DNA of 64,000 nt. Origin: an uncultured Nitrososphaerota archaeon. Its GTDB lineage: Archaea > Thermoproteota > Nitrososphaeria > Nitrososphaerales > Gagatemarchaeaceae. The notes under the pieces were generated by a model. That model was not told the origin of the DNA. It made no database searches and saw only the letters and a program-made list of their open reading frames with translations. Numbering within the stretch: the stretch's first letter is position 1; each line of letters opens with the position of its first letter. The stretch spans positions 1-64,000 of the forward strand of contig CAWISW010000001.1 in NCBI GenBank assembly GCA_963838925.1, given 5' to 3'. Of the stretch, positions 19,842 through 28,372 are shown piece after piece. Position numbers and translations under genes: made by a program.

Positions 19842-20732
19842 TCATCGTCCTATCCTGCCCAAGAGCCGCATCATCACCGTCGCCGAGACCAAAGTGACCA
19901 CCAAGAGTGCCACAGCGATTGCGGAGACGAGCGGGAGGGGGAATCCGAAGTAAGGCACGAAAAGGAGCTTGTAGAGGTAGAGGCTCATCGTGTCGACCGG
20001 GGACCCGACGGACGTCGAGAACCCGACCCATGTCGACCAATCCAGCGGGACGGCGAACGAGTTCATCGCGTCGATGAACCTCAGCACGAGAACAAACTGC
20101 ATCACCGGGGAGTTGAGCACGGCGGGCACCATTACCTTCGTGAAGAGCTGCCAGCTGGACGCCCCGTGAAGCTTCGCAGCCTCGTAGATCTCTTTGGGCT
20201 GTGAGTTTATGATGCTGAGGGAGACGAGCATGATGAGGGGCGCCCACTCCCAAGCCTCTGAAGCCGACATCACTGGAAAGTAGAAGAGAATAGAGAGTTC
20301 GTTGAAGAAGGGGGCTCCGAGCACGAAGTGGGCGAAGGACTGGAAGTCGTCCCAAAACGCCGCCGGCCCCCACAAGATTCCCACCGCGATGGGGGAGAGC
20401 GCAAGTGGCAGGATGAACATCCCCTCGAACCATCCCCTCCCACGGAATTCCTGCACGACAAGAAAGGTGAGACCCAGCCCGATCCCCACGGCTATCCCGG
20501 TGCTGAGGATCGCGAACGCTAGAGTCGTGACAACGGAGCTCCAAAAGTCTCTGTTGACGAGCATTGTGTAGTAGTTGCCGAGCGTGAAGCTTCCACTGGG
20601 GTTCGTGAGGCTCAGATAGAGCGAGTAGAGAAGAGGATAGAACTCAACGACCGAGAGCACGGCAAAGATGGGAATCAGGACGAGATACCAGTACGTCTCG
20701 ACCTGACCGCGCCTTCTGGTTGTCTGGCTCAT
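19842..20732 (-). CDS. Carbohydrate ABC permease (MalF-type), copy 1
   Basis: WEWAPLIMLV...EIYEAAKLHGAS. Confidence 0.88.
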   Translation of the reverse strand: MSQTTRRRGQVETYWYLVLIPIFAVLSVVEFYPLLYSLYLSLTNPSGSFTLGNYYTMLVNRDFWSSVVTTLAFAILSTGIAVGIGLGLTFLVVQEFRGRGWFEGMFILPLALSPIAVGILWGPAAFWDDFQSFAHFVLGAPFFNELSILFYFPVMSASEAWEWAPLIMLVSLSIINSQPKEIYEAAKLHGASSWQLFTKVMVPAVLNSPVMQFVLVLRFIDAMNSFAVPLDWSTWVGFSTSVGSPVDTMSLYLYKLLFVPYFGFPLPLVSAIAVALLVVTLVSATVMMRLLGRIGR

Positions 20733-20860
20733 TTCTTCTTGTCACCCATGTGACGCCGGCGTCAATGGTTTATTGCTCGAGGACGTTATTAAGGTATCAG
20801 AGGGACTCGCGAGGCCGTGGGTGGACATAGGGGCCGCGCGCCTTCCCTTCTAGCCTAGCA

Positions 20861-21340
20861 TCACTTCACTATGAGGTATCCGGTTATTTGGGATCCGGGC
20901 TTGCCGTTGCTCGCCGCGCTGGGCGCGGTCTGTGGAGAGTACATCTTGTAGACGCCAGCCGCCCCTACCGAGAACGTGACTCGTTCAGTCTGGCCGGAGA
21001 CTATCGTCGAGGTCACGTTCAAGGCGCTTATCTGGAAGACGCGCGTCTCGTCATCGTTGTTCTGGATTGCTAGAGTGATCGTGGTCCCATGAGAGGCGGT
21101 AACGTTCGCTGGGACGAAGCTGTCTATCTGGTTTACAGGGTCGGTCTCCACGATAGAAAGGTCGACTGGCCCCGAAACAAGTTGGGACCCTCCGGAGCTC
21201 AGGAAGTAGACCCCCGCTCCAGCAACTACCACGAGCGCAAGGATGGCGACGATCCCTTGCATCTTCGTTATCGCTCCCCTCTTCTCGAACAAGGCGGTCG
21301 GCTTTCCCCCGGGGCCTACTTTAATCATGCGGGCTCTCAA
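20861..21340 (-). CDS. Cupredoxin-fold membrane-anchored protein lacking Cu ligands (start may be ATG 21328)
   Basis: F.P.NVTASHG.TITLAIQN.D...GVYKMYS...ITGYLIV fold pattern; no Cys in the domain. Confidence 0.7.
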   Translation of the reverse strand: MRARMIKVGPGGKPTALFEKRGAITKMQGIVAILALVVVAGAGVYFLSSGGSQLVSGPVDLSIVETDPVNQIDSFVPANVTASHGTTITLAIQNNDDETRVFQISALNVTSTIVSGQTERVTFSVGAAGVYKMYSPQTAPSAASNGKPGSQITGYLIVK

Positions 21341-21419
21341 GACGTTTTCGACCTTCTACCCAGAAAGTGGTAACGCATATATCATCGAGTAGCCTCCGAC
21401 GGGGACACCGTCGCGTGCG

Positions 21420-21848
21420 TTGAAAACAACCTCTCTCGTGCTGGTCGCGGTCATCGCAGTTGCCCTGCTCGCCGGAGCATACTACGCGTCGGCGCACAAT
21501 TCTTCGAGCTCATCGACGAACTCCGTCACCGTGGACATCGAGATCGTTGGGGGCGTAGGGAACGGCACTGTGGACACGTACTCCCCTGACAATTTCACGG
21601 TCTCCGAAGGGCAGCACGTCACGCTGGCCGTGCTCAACACCGACGACAACACCCACGGGCTCGTCATCAAGGCGCTGGGGGTCGACACGGGGATAATCGA
21701 CCCCGGAGACACCAAGCGGGTGAGCTTCGTCGCGAACGAGACCGGGACTTTCGTGTACTACGAGCCGCCTGGATACTGCACGGGAGGCGTCGGGAAGGTC
21801 TGCAACAGCGCTCAGCACATGACGGGGAACATGACCATCGCTCCGTGA
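21420..21848 (+). CDS. Cupredoxin-fold protein with an atypical ligand loop
   Basis: YSPDNFTVSEGQHVTL...NTDDNTHGLVI...GTFVYYEPPGYC..C...HMTGNMTI. Confidence 0.8.
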   Translation: MKTTSLVLVAVIAVALLAGAYYASAHNSSSSSTNSVTVDIEIVGGVGNGTVDTYSPDNFTVSEGQHVTLAVLNTDDNTHGLVIKALGVDTGIIDPGDTKRVSFVANETGTFVYYEPPGYCTGGVGKVCNSAQHMTGNMTIAP

Positions 21849-21971
21849 GTTCTGTGCTGCTGCGGCGTGGACGCGGTTCGTTCGCCCGTCCAAACAGCAT
21901 AAATCGGGGGTTCGCGCAACGCTAGCCATGGGCACGATGATGGTCGGGCTGAATCGGGGAGCGAGACAGGC

Positions 21972-22391
21972 GTGGTGAAGAGCTCCGTCATCCTGGCCGT
22001 GGTCATAGTCGCGGTCCTTGCGGTGAGCGCGGGCTACTACATCAATGGCGTCTCGGGAGGCAACTCCAAGAACTCGGTGACGGTAGACATCACGGCCACC
22101 ATGGGCACGGTCGCCAACGGGGCGCCAGACACCTTCTCCCCGCGCACCTTCACGGTCACTGAGGGGCAGCACGTCACAATCGTCTTCCTCAACTCCGATG
22201 ACGACCCTCACGAGCTGGCGATACCCCAGTTCAGCGTTGACACTGGGGTAGTCCAAAGCGGCACCACCGCAAGGGTCAGCTTCATCGCCAGCCAGGCGGG
22301 CACCTTCCAATTCTACGAGCCGCAGGGGCTCTGCGGAAACTGCACTAGCACGCAGGAAATGACCGGCAACATGACTGTCTTGCCTCCTTAG
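21972..22391 (+). CDS. Cupredoxin-fold protein with an atypical ligand loop (tandem paralogue)
   Basis: FSPRTFTVTEGQHV...NSDDDPHELAI...GTFQFYEPQGLCGNC...EMTGNMTV. Confidence 0.8.
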   Translation: MVKSSVILAVVIVAVLAVSAGYYINGVSGGNSKNSVTVDITATMGTVANGAPDTFSPRTFTVTEGQHVTIVFLNSDDDPHELAIPQFSVDTGVVQSGTTARVSFIASQAGTFQFYEPQGLCGNCTSTQEMTGNMTVLPP

Positions 22392-22455
22392 CTGCGTTCC
22401 TCCTTCCCTCGCTCGAATAAATAGCCCCCGCACGTTGCGAGTCGGCGAGTGAAGA

Positions 22456-23841
22456 GTGACCCTCAGATGGTCCCATAGGGCCGGCGTGGGAAGGAGGCGG
22501 GCTTCCCTGGCGGTCATCCTTGTGGTCATGGTAGCTGGCGTGGCGGTCTACTCAGCATTCGCCCTCCGATCCCCCTCCACGCCTCCGGTAACCACCACCA
22601 GCAACCCGAACTTCGACTCCTCGACAATCAGGATAGGATACGTCTCCGAGATTACTACGGGGCAGGGCACCGCCGGTGCCAACGGAGTCGGCGTCACGCC
22701 CGTGCAAGCCGGCTACGCGGCGAGGATAGGGGCGGAACTCGCGGTGAACGAGACGAACGCGGCTGGAGGGGTGGACGGAAAGACGATCGACCTCGAGGTC
22801 CTCGACTCCCAATCGAACCCACAGAGGGCGGCCCAGCAGGCCGCGACCCTTGACCAGCAGGAAGGGGTCCTCGCGATCACAGGTCCAACGAACCTCGAAG
22901 ACGCGATGGCGGTCTCGGCTTACACCGAGTCGCACGGCGTCCCGTTCGTCACTTCAGCTGTCTCGTCGGCCCTACTTGCACCGCCCGGCTCCAACTGGAC
23001 GGTGAGCGTCCAGCCAGACGCGGTGCAGTGGGGCGTGGCAGTCGCGAAGTACGTCTCGGAGGCGGTCCCAGACGCGAAGATCGCGCTCATGACCCAGAAC
23101 GCAGACCAGCAGAAGGAGATGTCAGCTGGCGTGAGATGGTTCGCGGACACCTACAAGAACGAGAGCGTCGTCTTCGACCAGCTCTACGCGAACGCCCAGT
23201 TCCCGTGGGGGACCGCCTCCGAGGCGGCAAAGTTCTCCGGGGCGAACGCCGTGATAGTCTCGTGGCTCCCGACTCCGGGCTTCTCCCAGGCGAACGTCGT
23301 GGAGGCGCTCCTGTCCGCCGGCTTCCTTCAGAGCCAGATCTTCGTGGCGTCAGTCGACGACCAGGTCAGCGACCTCGGACTCAACGCCACGGGCGTCCGC
23401 GGCGTGACGCTCTTCGACAGCGCCATGTCAAAGGGGTATCCGAACGCGTCCGCCTTCGCAGGCCAGGTGGAGCCTTTCATAAAAGGGCAGGCGAGCCCCT
23501 TCATCGCTTATTGCGGAATCTGCCCGACGGAGATAGGGCCCAACTACTACTACGCGTATCTCGGCATGGAGATGATGATCGGCGCGATAAGGGACGTGCT
23601 CTCGAGCGGCCATGCGCTGACCAGGGCTGACTTCATTTCAACCCTCAAGCAGGCGAGCGTCACTGACGCCTTCGGGAACACGCTCGCGCTGGACTCAGCC
23701 GGTACCTCCACGGGGACGTTTTACGTGGCCGTGGTCGCCGAGTTGAATGCGAACGGGACCTCATACGCGATGTCTCTCCTCAAGAGCATCAGGTTCGCGC
23801 CGGGGTCCATCCCGTCCTACGAGATCGCAAAGTCCGCCTGA
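22456..23841 (+). CDS. LivJ-like (type I periplasmic-binding fold) substrate-binding protein
   Basis: TIRIG...GAELAVNETNAAGGVDGKTIDLEVLDSQSNP. Confidence 0.85.
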   Translation: MTLRWSHRAGVGRRRASLAVILVVMVAGVAVYSAFALRSPSTPPVTTTSNPNFDSSTIRIGYVSEITTGQGTAGANGVGVTPVQAGYAARIGAELAVNETNAAGGVDGKTIDLEVLDSQSNPQRAAQQAATLDQQEGVLAITGPTNLEDAMAVSAYTESHGVPFVTSAVSSALLAPPGSNWTVSVQPDAVQWGVAVAKYVSEAVPDAKIALMTQNADQQKEMSAGVRWFADTYKNESVVFDQLYANAQFPWGTASEAAKFSGANAVIVSWLPTPGFSQANVVEALLSAGFLQSQIFVASVDDQVSDLGLNATGVRGVTLFDSAMSKGYPNASAFAGQVEPFIKGQASPFIAYCGICPTEIGPNYYYAYLGMEMMIGAIRDVLSSGHALTRADFISTLKQASVTDAFGNTLALDSAGTSTGTFYVAVVAELNANGTSYAMSLLKSIRFAPGSIPSYEIAKSA

Positions 23842-23860
23842 CGCCCCTGAATGGCGTCTC

Positions 23861-24778
23861 CTAGTGGGCTACCCCGAGGCTGAATCCCTTCGCGAGGTAT
23901 CTCCTTATCGCGAGCATGATGGCGATTGCGGGGATGTACGCAAGGGTCCCGGCAGCGTTGAGGCTGTCCCAGGAGACGGCGCTGAAGGAGAGCTGGTTGA
24001 TGGACAATCCCTCCCAGACCCCCACGGCCACGGTCTTTGTCCCGACTCCAGTGAGCGCGTCGGCCATCAGGAAGTCGTTCCAGATGAGCACCAGCGCGAA
24101 CACGGTGACCACCACCACCCCGGGGATGACCATAGGGAAGACCACGCGCCTGAAGACCTGCCACTCGCTCCTGCCGAAGACTGTCGCGGCGTCATAGACG
24201 TCCCTGGGGACGTCAGAGAAGAACCCGCGAAGCATCCACACGACGACCGAGAGGATGAGCACCTGCTCCGCGAGCGCGATCCCTGTGAACGAGTCGTACA
24301 GGCCAATCTCAGAGTACGCGATGTAGAGCGGTATTATCACAACAAACTGCGAGACGGTCCTTATCGCGAGCAGGAGATAAGAGATGAACGTCTTCCCCTT
24401 CACGTCGATCCGAGCCAGGATGTAGGCGACCGGGATGCCGACCGAGAGCGCGATGGCGATGCTGAGGGCAGAGATTGCCAGCGTGTCGACGACGAGCCTG
24501 GGATATGCCTGGGCGCTCAGCGCCTGCATGTAGTAGTAGGCCGTGGGGTAGACGCCGCCCTTGAAGCTCAAGCCTCCTATGAACCTGACCGCCTTTCCCG
24601 AGATGAACGCGCCCAGGTCGATGTTGTATCCCTCGAGGACCATGGTCATCAACGGCCAGAAGGAATAGAGGAGCGCCAACGTCGCGGCGATGTAGAGGAG
24701 AATCCTTCTCGGCCTTCTCCCAGGCTTTGAGCCGCTTCGGGCTTTGCCGCTTGAGGTACCTTGCTTGGCCTTTTCCAA
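23861..24778 (-). CDS. Carbohydrate ABC permease (MalG-type), copy 2
   Basis: Paralogue of 18923..19834 (YILARI..KG, KTVAVGV, YLAKGFSL). Confidence 0.88.
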   Translation of the reverse strand: MEKAKQGTSSGKARSGSKPGRRPRRILLYIAATLALLYSFWPLMTMVLEGYNIDLGAFISGKAVRFIGGLSFKGGVYPTAYYYMQALSAQAYPRLVVDTLAISALSIAIALSVGIPVAYILARIDVKGKTFISYLLLAIRTVSQFVVIIPLYIAYSEIGLYDSFTGIALAEQVLILSVVVWMLRGFFSDVPRDVYDAATVFGRSEWQVFRRVVFPMVIPGVVVVTVFALVLIWNDFLMADALTGVGTKTVAVGVWEGLSINQLSFSAVSWDSLNAAGTLAYIPAIAIMLAIRRYLAKGFSLGVAH

Positions 24779-24785
24779 CCCCTAT

Positions 24786-25649
24786 CTAGCCTCCCACGCT
24801 CTTCAGAATCCGAAGGAGCACCGCCGCGCCGACCAGGGTGATGCCGAAGAGGGTCACGGCCACCGCCGAGACCACGCCGATAGGGAACCCGAGGGTGGAG
24901 GAGAAGAGCAGCTTGAAGAGGTAGAGGCTTATCGTGTCCACAGGGGAGCCGATGGAGGTGGTGTACCCCAGCCAATTGGACCAGGCGAGGGGGATCTCGA
25001 ACGCCCTCATCGCGTCGATGAACCTCAGGACGACGACGAACTGCATCACCGACGACTTGAAGATCGTCGGGAGCGTGATCATCCTGAACTGCTGGTATGC
25101 CGACGCCCCCGATAGCTCGGCGGCCTCGTAGATCTCCTTCGGCGTGCTGTTGATGATGCTCAGCGCCACGAGCATGATCAGCGGCGCCCACTCCCAAGCC
25201 TCGGAGAGGAACATTACGGGGAAGTAGAACGACGGAGCGAGCTCGTTGATGTACGGTTGGTGCAGCTGGAAGACCAAGAACGTCTGGACGTCGTCCCAGA
25301 ATCCGCTCGGAGCAAACACAGTGCCTACCACGATCGGGGCCACCGCCAGCGGGAGCAGGTAGACCAGCTCGAGCGCGCCCTTTCCCCTGAGCTCCTGGGT
25401 CAGGATGAAGGTCAGCCCGAGCCCTATCGCGACGGCGATGATGGTGCTGCTAAGCGAATAGAGCAGCGAGATGTTCACGGCATTCCAGAAAGTGGGCGCG
25501 GTGACCATGGTCACGTAGTTTGTCAGCTCAAAGACCCCGCTGGAGTTGGTGAGGCTGATGTACACGCTCAGGATGAGAGGATAGATCACCACGAGGCCAA
25601 TGACCGCGAACAGCGGCAAGAAGAACAGATACCAGCGCTTCGACTCCAT
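24786..25649 (-). CDS. Carbohydrate ABC permease (MalF-type), copy 2
   Basis: SEAWEWAPLIMLV...EIYEAAELSGAS; paralogue of 19842..20732. Confidence 0.88.
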   Translation of the reverse strand: MESKRWYLFFLPLFAVIGLVVIYPLILSVYISLTNSSGVFELTNYVTMVTAPTFWNAVNISLLYSLSSTIIAVAIGLGLTFILTQELRGKGALELVYLLPLAVAPIVVGTVFAPSGFWDDVQTFLVFQLHQPYINELAPSFYFPVMFLSEAWEWAPLIMLVALSIINSTPKEIYEAAELSGASAYQQFRMITLPTIFKSSVMQFVVVLRFIDAMRAFEIPLAWSNWLGYTTSIGSPVDTISLYLFKLLFSSTLGFPIGVVSAVAVTLFGITLVGAAVLLRILKSVGG

Positions 25650-25804
25650 GCCAACCCTTCACTCTCGCAGGGGCAGCACGGTCATTCCCGTTTTCAGACC
25701 TCTTCTTCAATATATGACCTTTTCGCGCATCGTCGAAGACTCGGAGCGCCCGGCCGGGAATTTTCGGGTTGACCCACCTGGAGCCGGTGCGCCGACCGTC
25801 TAGG

Positions 25805-26233
25805 TCATTGAGTGACGGTGAAGTTTCCGGAGAGATACGGCCCAGGACGCCCCTGGCTAACCGGGCTCGGAGGCGTGGCGGGGGAGTAGAACAGGAAAGT
25901 CCCGACCTGGTTCATCTGGATGGTGACGCGCACCGAAGTCCCCGCCGGCATGGACTCGTTCACGTTGTAGCCGTTGAGAATGAAATACCTGAACTCGTCG
26001 TCTCCGTTCTGGATGGCAAGGGTCACGTTCTCCCCGAGCTTCGCTGTGGCGTTGTCTGGGTAGAAGTGGTCGAGCTGCAGCACAGGGTTGTCCTCGACGA
26101 TTCGGATGTCGATCTCCCTGGGTCCGTTAGAGCCGGTGTTCAGGACGTATTCTCCCACTCCAACCAAGAGCACTGCCACGACGACGAGCACCAACACCGT
26201 GCGAGATATGGCTCGTCGCTCTTTTCCGACCAA
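25805..26233 (-). CDS. Cupredoxin-fold membrane-anchored protein lacking Cu ligands, copy 2
   Basis: Paralogue of 20861..21340 (IVE..PV...D.F.P.N.TA..G...TLAIQN.DDE.R...YSP.T.PS..S.G.PG). Confidence 0.7.
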   Translation of the reverse strand: MVGKERRAISRTVLVLVVVAVLLVGVGEYVLNTGSNGPREIDIRIVEDNPVLQLDHFYPDNATAKLGENVTLAIQNGDDEFRYFILNGYNVNESMPAGTSVRVTIQMNQVGTFLFYSPATPPSPVSQGRPGPYLSGNFTVTQ

Positions 26234-26364
26234 CTGGACAAAATTTCGGCCCGCAGATTATTTAGCCTCTTCGGTCATTCCGGCCGCCGCTGCCCTGAGC
26301 GGGCGCGGCGCGCTCGGCTGAAAAAAGGAGAAATAACACGGAGGACCGGCGAGCCCATCGGCCC

Positions 26365-26979
26365 ATGACCCTTGAAGTTCTTCGCGACGTGCTCTCCGCT
26401 GACTACAAGGGGCCGAGGGCCGTCTTCTCCGAGGTCCACGTGCTGAGCGCCATGCTAGCGATCGGTTCCGCCGGCTCGGTGGGCAGGGGCAGGCTAGGCG
26501 CTCTCGTGGGGCTGGGCCAGGGAGAGGTGAGAACCCTGATCAAGCGGCTCAAGGAGAAGGGCCTCATCAGCATAGAGCCCGACGGCTGCAAGCTCAGCAA
26601 GAAGGGAGAGAAGGAGTTCCAGAAGCTAAGGGAGAAGGTCCCGTGGTCCTCCGCGGTGAGGGCCAAGTCCCTAGGCATAGGCGACAAGTGCCACGCCGTC
26701 CTGGTCAGGGGCGCCGCGAAGAACGTCAGGAAGGGGATAGAGCAAAGGGACGCGGCCGTGAGGGTCGGCGCCAACGGGGCGTTCACCGCGGTGTTCACGG
26801 GCGGACACTTCACGCTCCCAGGGGAGGGAGCAAACTGCGAAAATGACGGGCCGCGCGAACTCTGGTCCCACGCCAGGTCGGCCGGGCCCAGGGATGGAGA
26901 CGTCCTAGTCGTCGTGGGCGCCGACTCCGACGAGTCCGCCGAGCTGGGGACGCTCGCAACAGCCCTGACGCTCTTCTAG
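26365..26979 (+). CDS. Archaeal winged-helix protein (DUF2111/DUF4443-like)
   Basis: GRGRLGALVGLGQGEVRTLIKRLKEKGLI HTH; GIEQRDAAVRVGA.GA. Confidence 0.7.
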   Translation: MTLEVLRDVLSADYKGPRAVFSEVHVLSAMLAIGSAGSVGRGRLGALVGLGQGEVRTLIKRLKEKGLISIEPDGCKLSKKGEKEFQKLREKVPWSSAVRAKSLGIGDKCHAVLVRGAAKNVRKGIEQRDAAVRVGANGAFTAVFTGGHFTLPGEGANCENDGPRELWSHARSAGPRDGDVLVVVGADSDESAELGTLATALTLF

Positions 26980-27028
26980 GGCGTTCGCGCGTGTTAATAG
27001 ATTCGTCAACAGGGGGTGCGCGCTAGTC

Positions 27029-27541
27029 ATGAAGTACACGAGCGTCGTCGTCGACGACAAGAAGCACTGCCTGGAGGTGATGAGGCGGATGGAGGAGGAG
27101 TTCCGCAAGGGAGACGAGAGGTTCTTCATCGACGTCATGGAGAACGAGCCGAGCCTCGTCCTCAGGGTGCACGCCGTCACAATCCTCGCCGACCTCGGCA
27201 CCGAGGCCGCTATCCCGACGCTGACCAACGTCCTTCTTCACGACCCAGACCCTCTCGTCCGCCATGAGGCCGCCTTCACGATGGGCCAGATCGGTCTGAC
27301 GTCTGGCGTCAAGGGCCTGGAGGAAGCGACATTGAAGGACAAGGACCCCATAGTCCGCCACGAGTCCGCTGCCGCCCTCGGCTCGATAGGAAGCCAGACG
27401 GCCAAAGCGACGCTCCAAGCCGCCCTCAAGGACAAGGACGAGCTCGTTAGCAACTCGGCGGCAGCCTCGCTCTTCAACCTGGAGTTCCTCGAGACTTTCG
27501 CGATCGGCGGCACAGCTAGGGACAGGGCACCACGCCCTTGA
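27029..27541 (+). CDS. HEAT (PBS-lyase/DOHH-like) repeat protein
   Basis: VRHEAAFTMGQIG and VRHESAAALGSIG repeats. Confidence 0.85.
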   Translation: MKYTSVVVDDKKHCLEVMRRMEEEFRKGDERFFIDVMENEPSLVLRVHAVTILADLGTEAAIPTLTNVLLHDPDPLVRHEAAFTMGQIGLTSGVKGLEEATLKDKDPIVRHESAAALGSIGSQTAKATLQAALKDKDELVSNSAAASLFNLEFLETFAIGGTARDRAPRP

Positions 27542-27607
27542 GGACTGCCCGAGCTCTCCCAGGCACTCGGTCAATTTATTAACGCGCGACCATCTTTCTG
27601 TCGTGGG

Positions 27608-28276
27608 TTGCGTCCCAGCACGCTCGGCACCGGCCCAGCGCGGGTCGGGGTCTCCAAGGCGGTCGCGGTCGTTGTGCTCGCAGTCATCGTCGTCGCGGCC
27701 GGCGGTCTCGCAGCGCTCTATGGGAGGGGCACCATAGGCGCGACGTCCTCGACCTCCCAAAGCACCTCACCTTCCGCATCGTCTGTCAGTTCCACTTCCA
27801 CGTCGGTCTCGTCGACCTCGTCCACAGGCCCCGCTTCGGTCTCCACCTCGACAGCTGGCTCCGCCCCTGGTCCCTCTTCCGGCTCAAGCACCTCGACTTC
27901 GAATCTCGGGTTCAGCCTCGCGATCACCGAGATGGCTGCAGACGTCGTAGGACCCGGCCTCAACCACCTCGAAGACAACGAGACGTACGCGGTGTCCACC
28001 GACGACGAGATACTCCTCGGGGTGGCGGGGAGCAGCTTCGACGTGCAGTTCGACCTCGTCTATTCCAACTGCGCGAACGACTGCCCATCGCACGTCGCGA
28101 ACGTCACGACCGACACGCCCGGCTTCAGCGTCGTGGATTCGAACCCGGGCTTCCCTATACCGATCGACAATCCCGCCGGCGCAGGATTGGGTCAGGTGGA
28201 GTTCCACTTCACAGTGGGCGTGCAGTCTCCCCAGGCGCCTTACAACGGTGAGCTCACGCTAATCGCCACCACCTAG
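27608..28276 (+). CDS. Membrane-anchored surface protein with a Ser/Thr-rich linker, unknown function
   Basis: N-terminal TM, ~55-aa S/T tract, beta-rich domain with CANDC. Confidence 0.7.
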   Translation: MRPSTLGTGPARVGVSKAVAVVVLAVIVVAAGGLAALYGRGTIGATSSTSQSTSPSASSVSSTSTSVSSTSSTGPASVSTSTAGSAPGPSSGSSTSTSNLGFSLAITEMAADVVGPGLNHLEDNETYAVSTDDEILLGVAGSSFDVQFDLVYSNCANDCPSHVANVTTDTPGFSVVDSNPGFPIPIDNPAGAGLGQVEFHFTVGVQSPQAPYNGELTLIATT

Positions 28277-28372
28277 TGACACGGCGGAGGCGGGCTGGAC
28301 CAATCGCCCTCGAGGACATAGCCGCAAGGCTCTCAAAGGCTTAAGTCCGGGCCGGGCGCCCGCGACCGTCGA

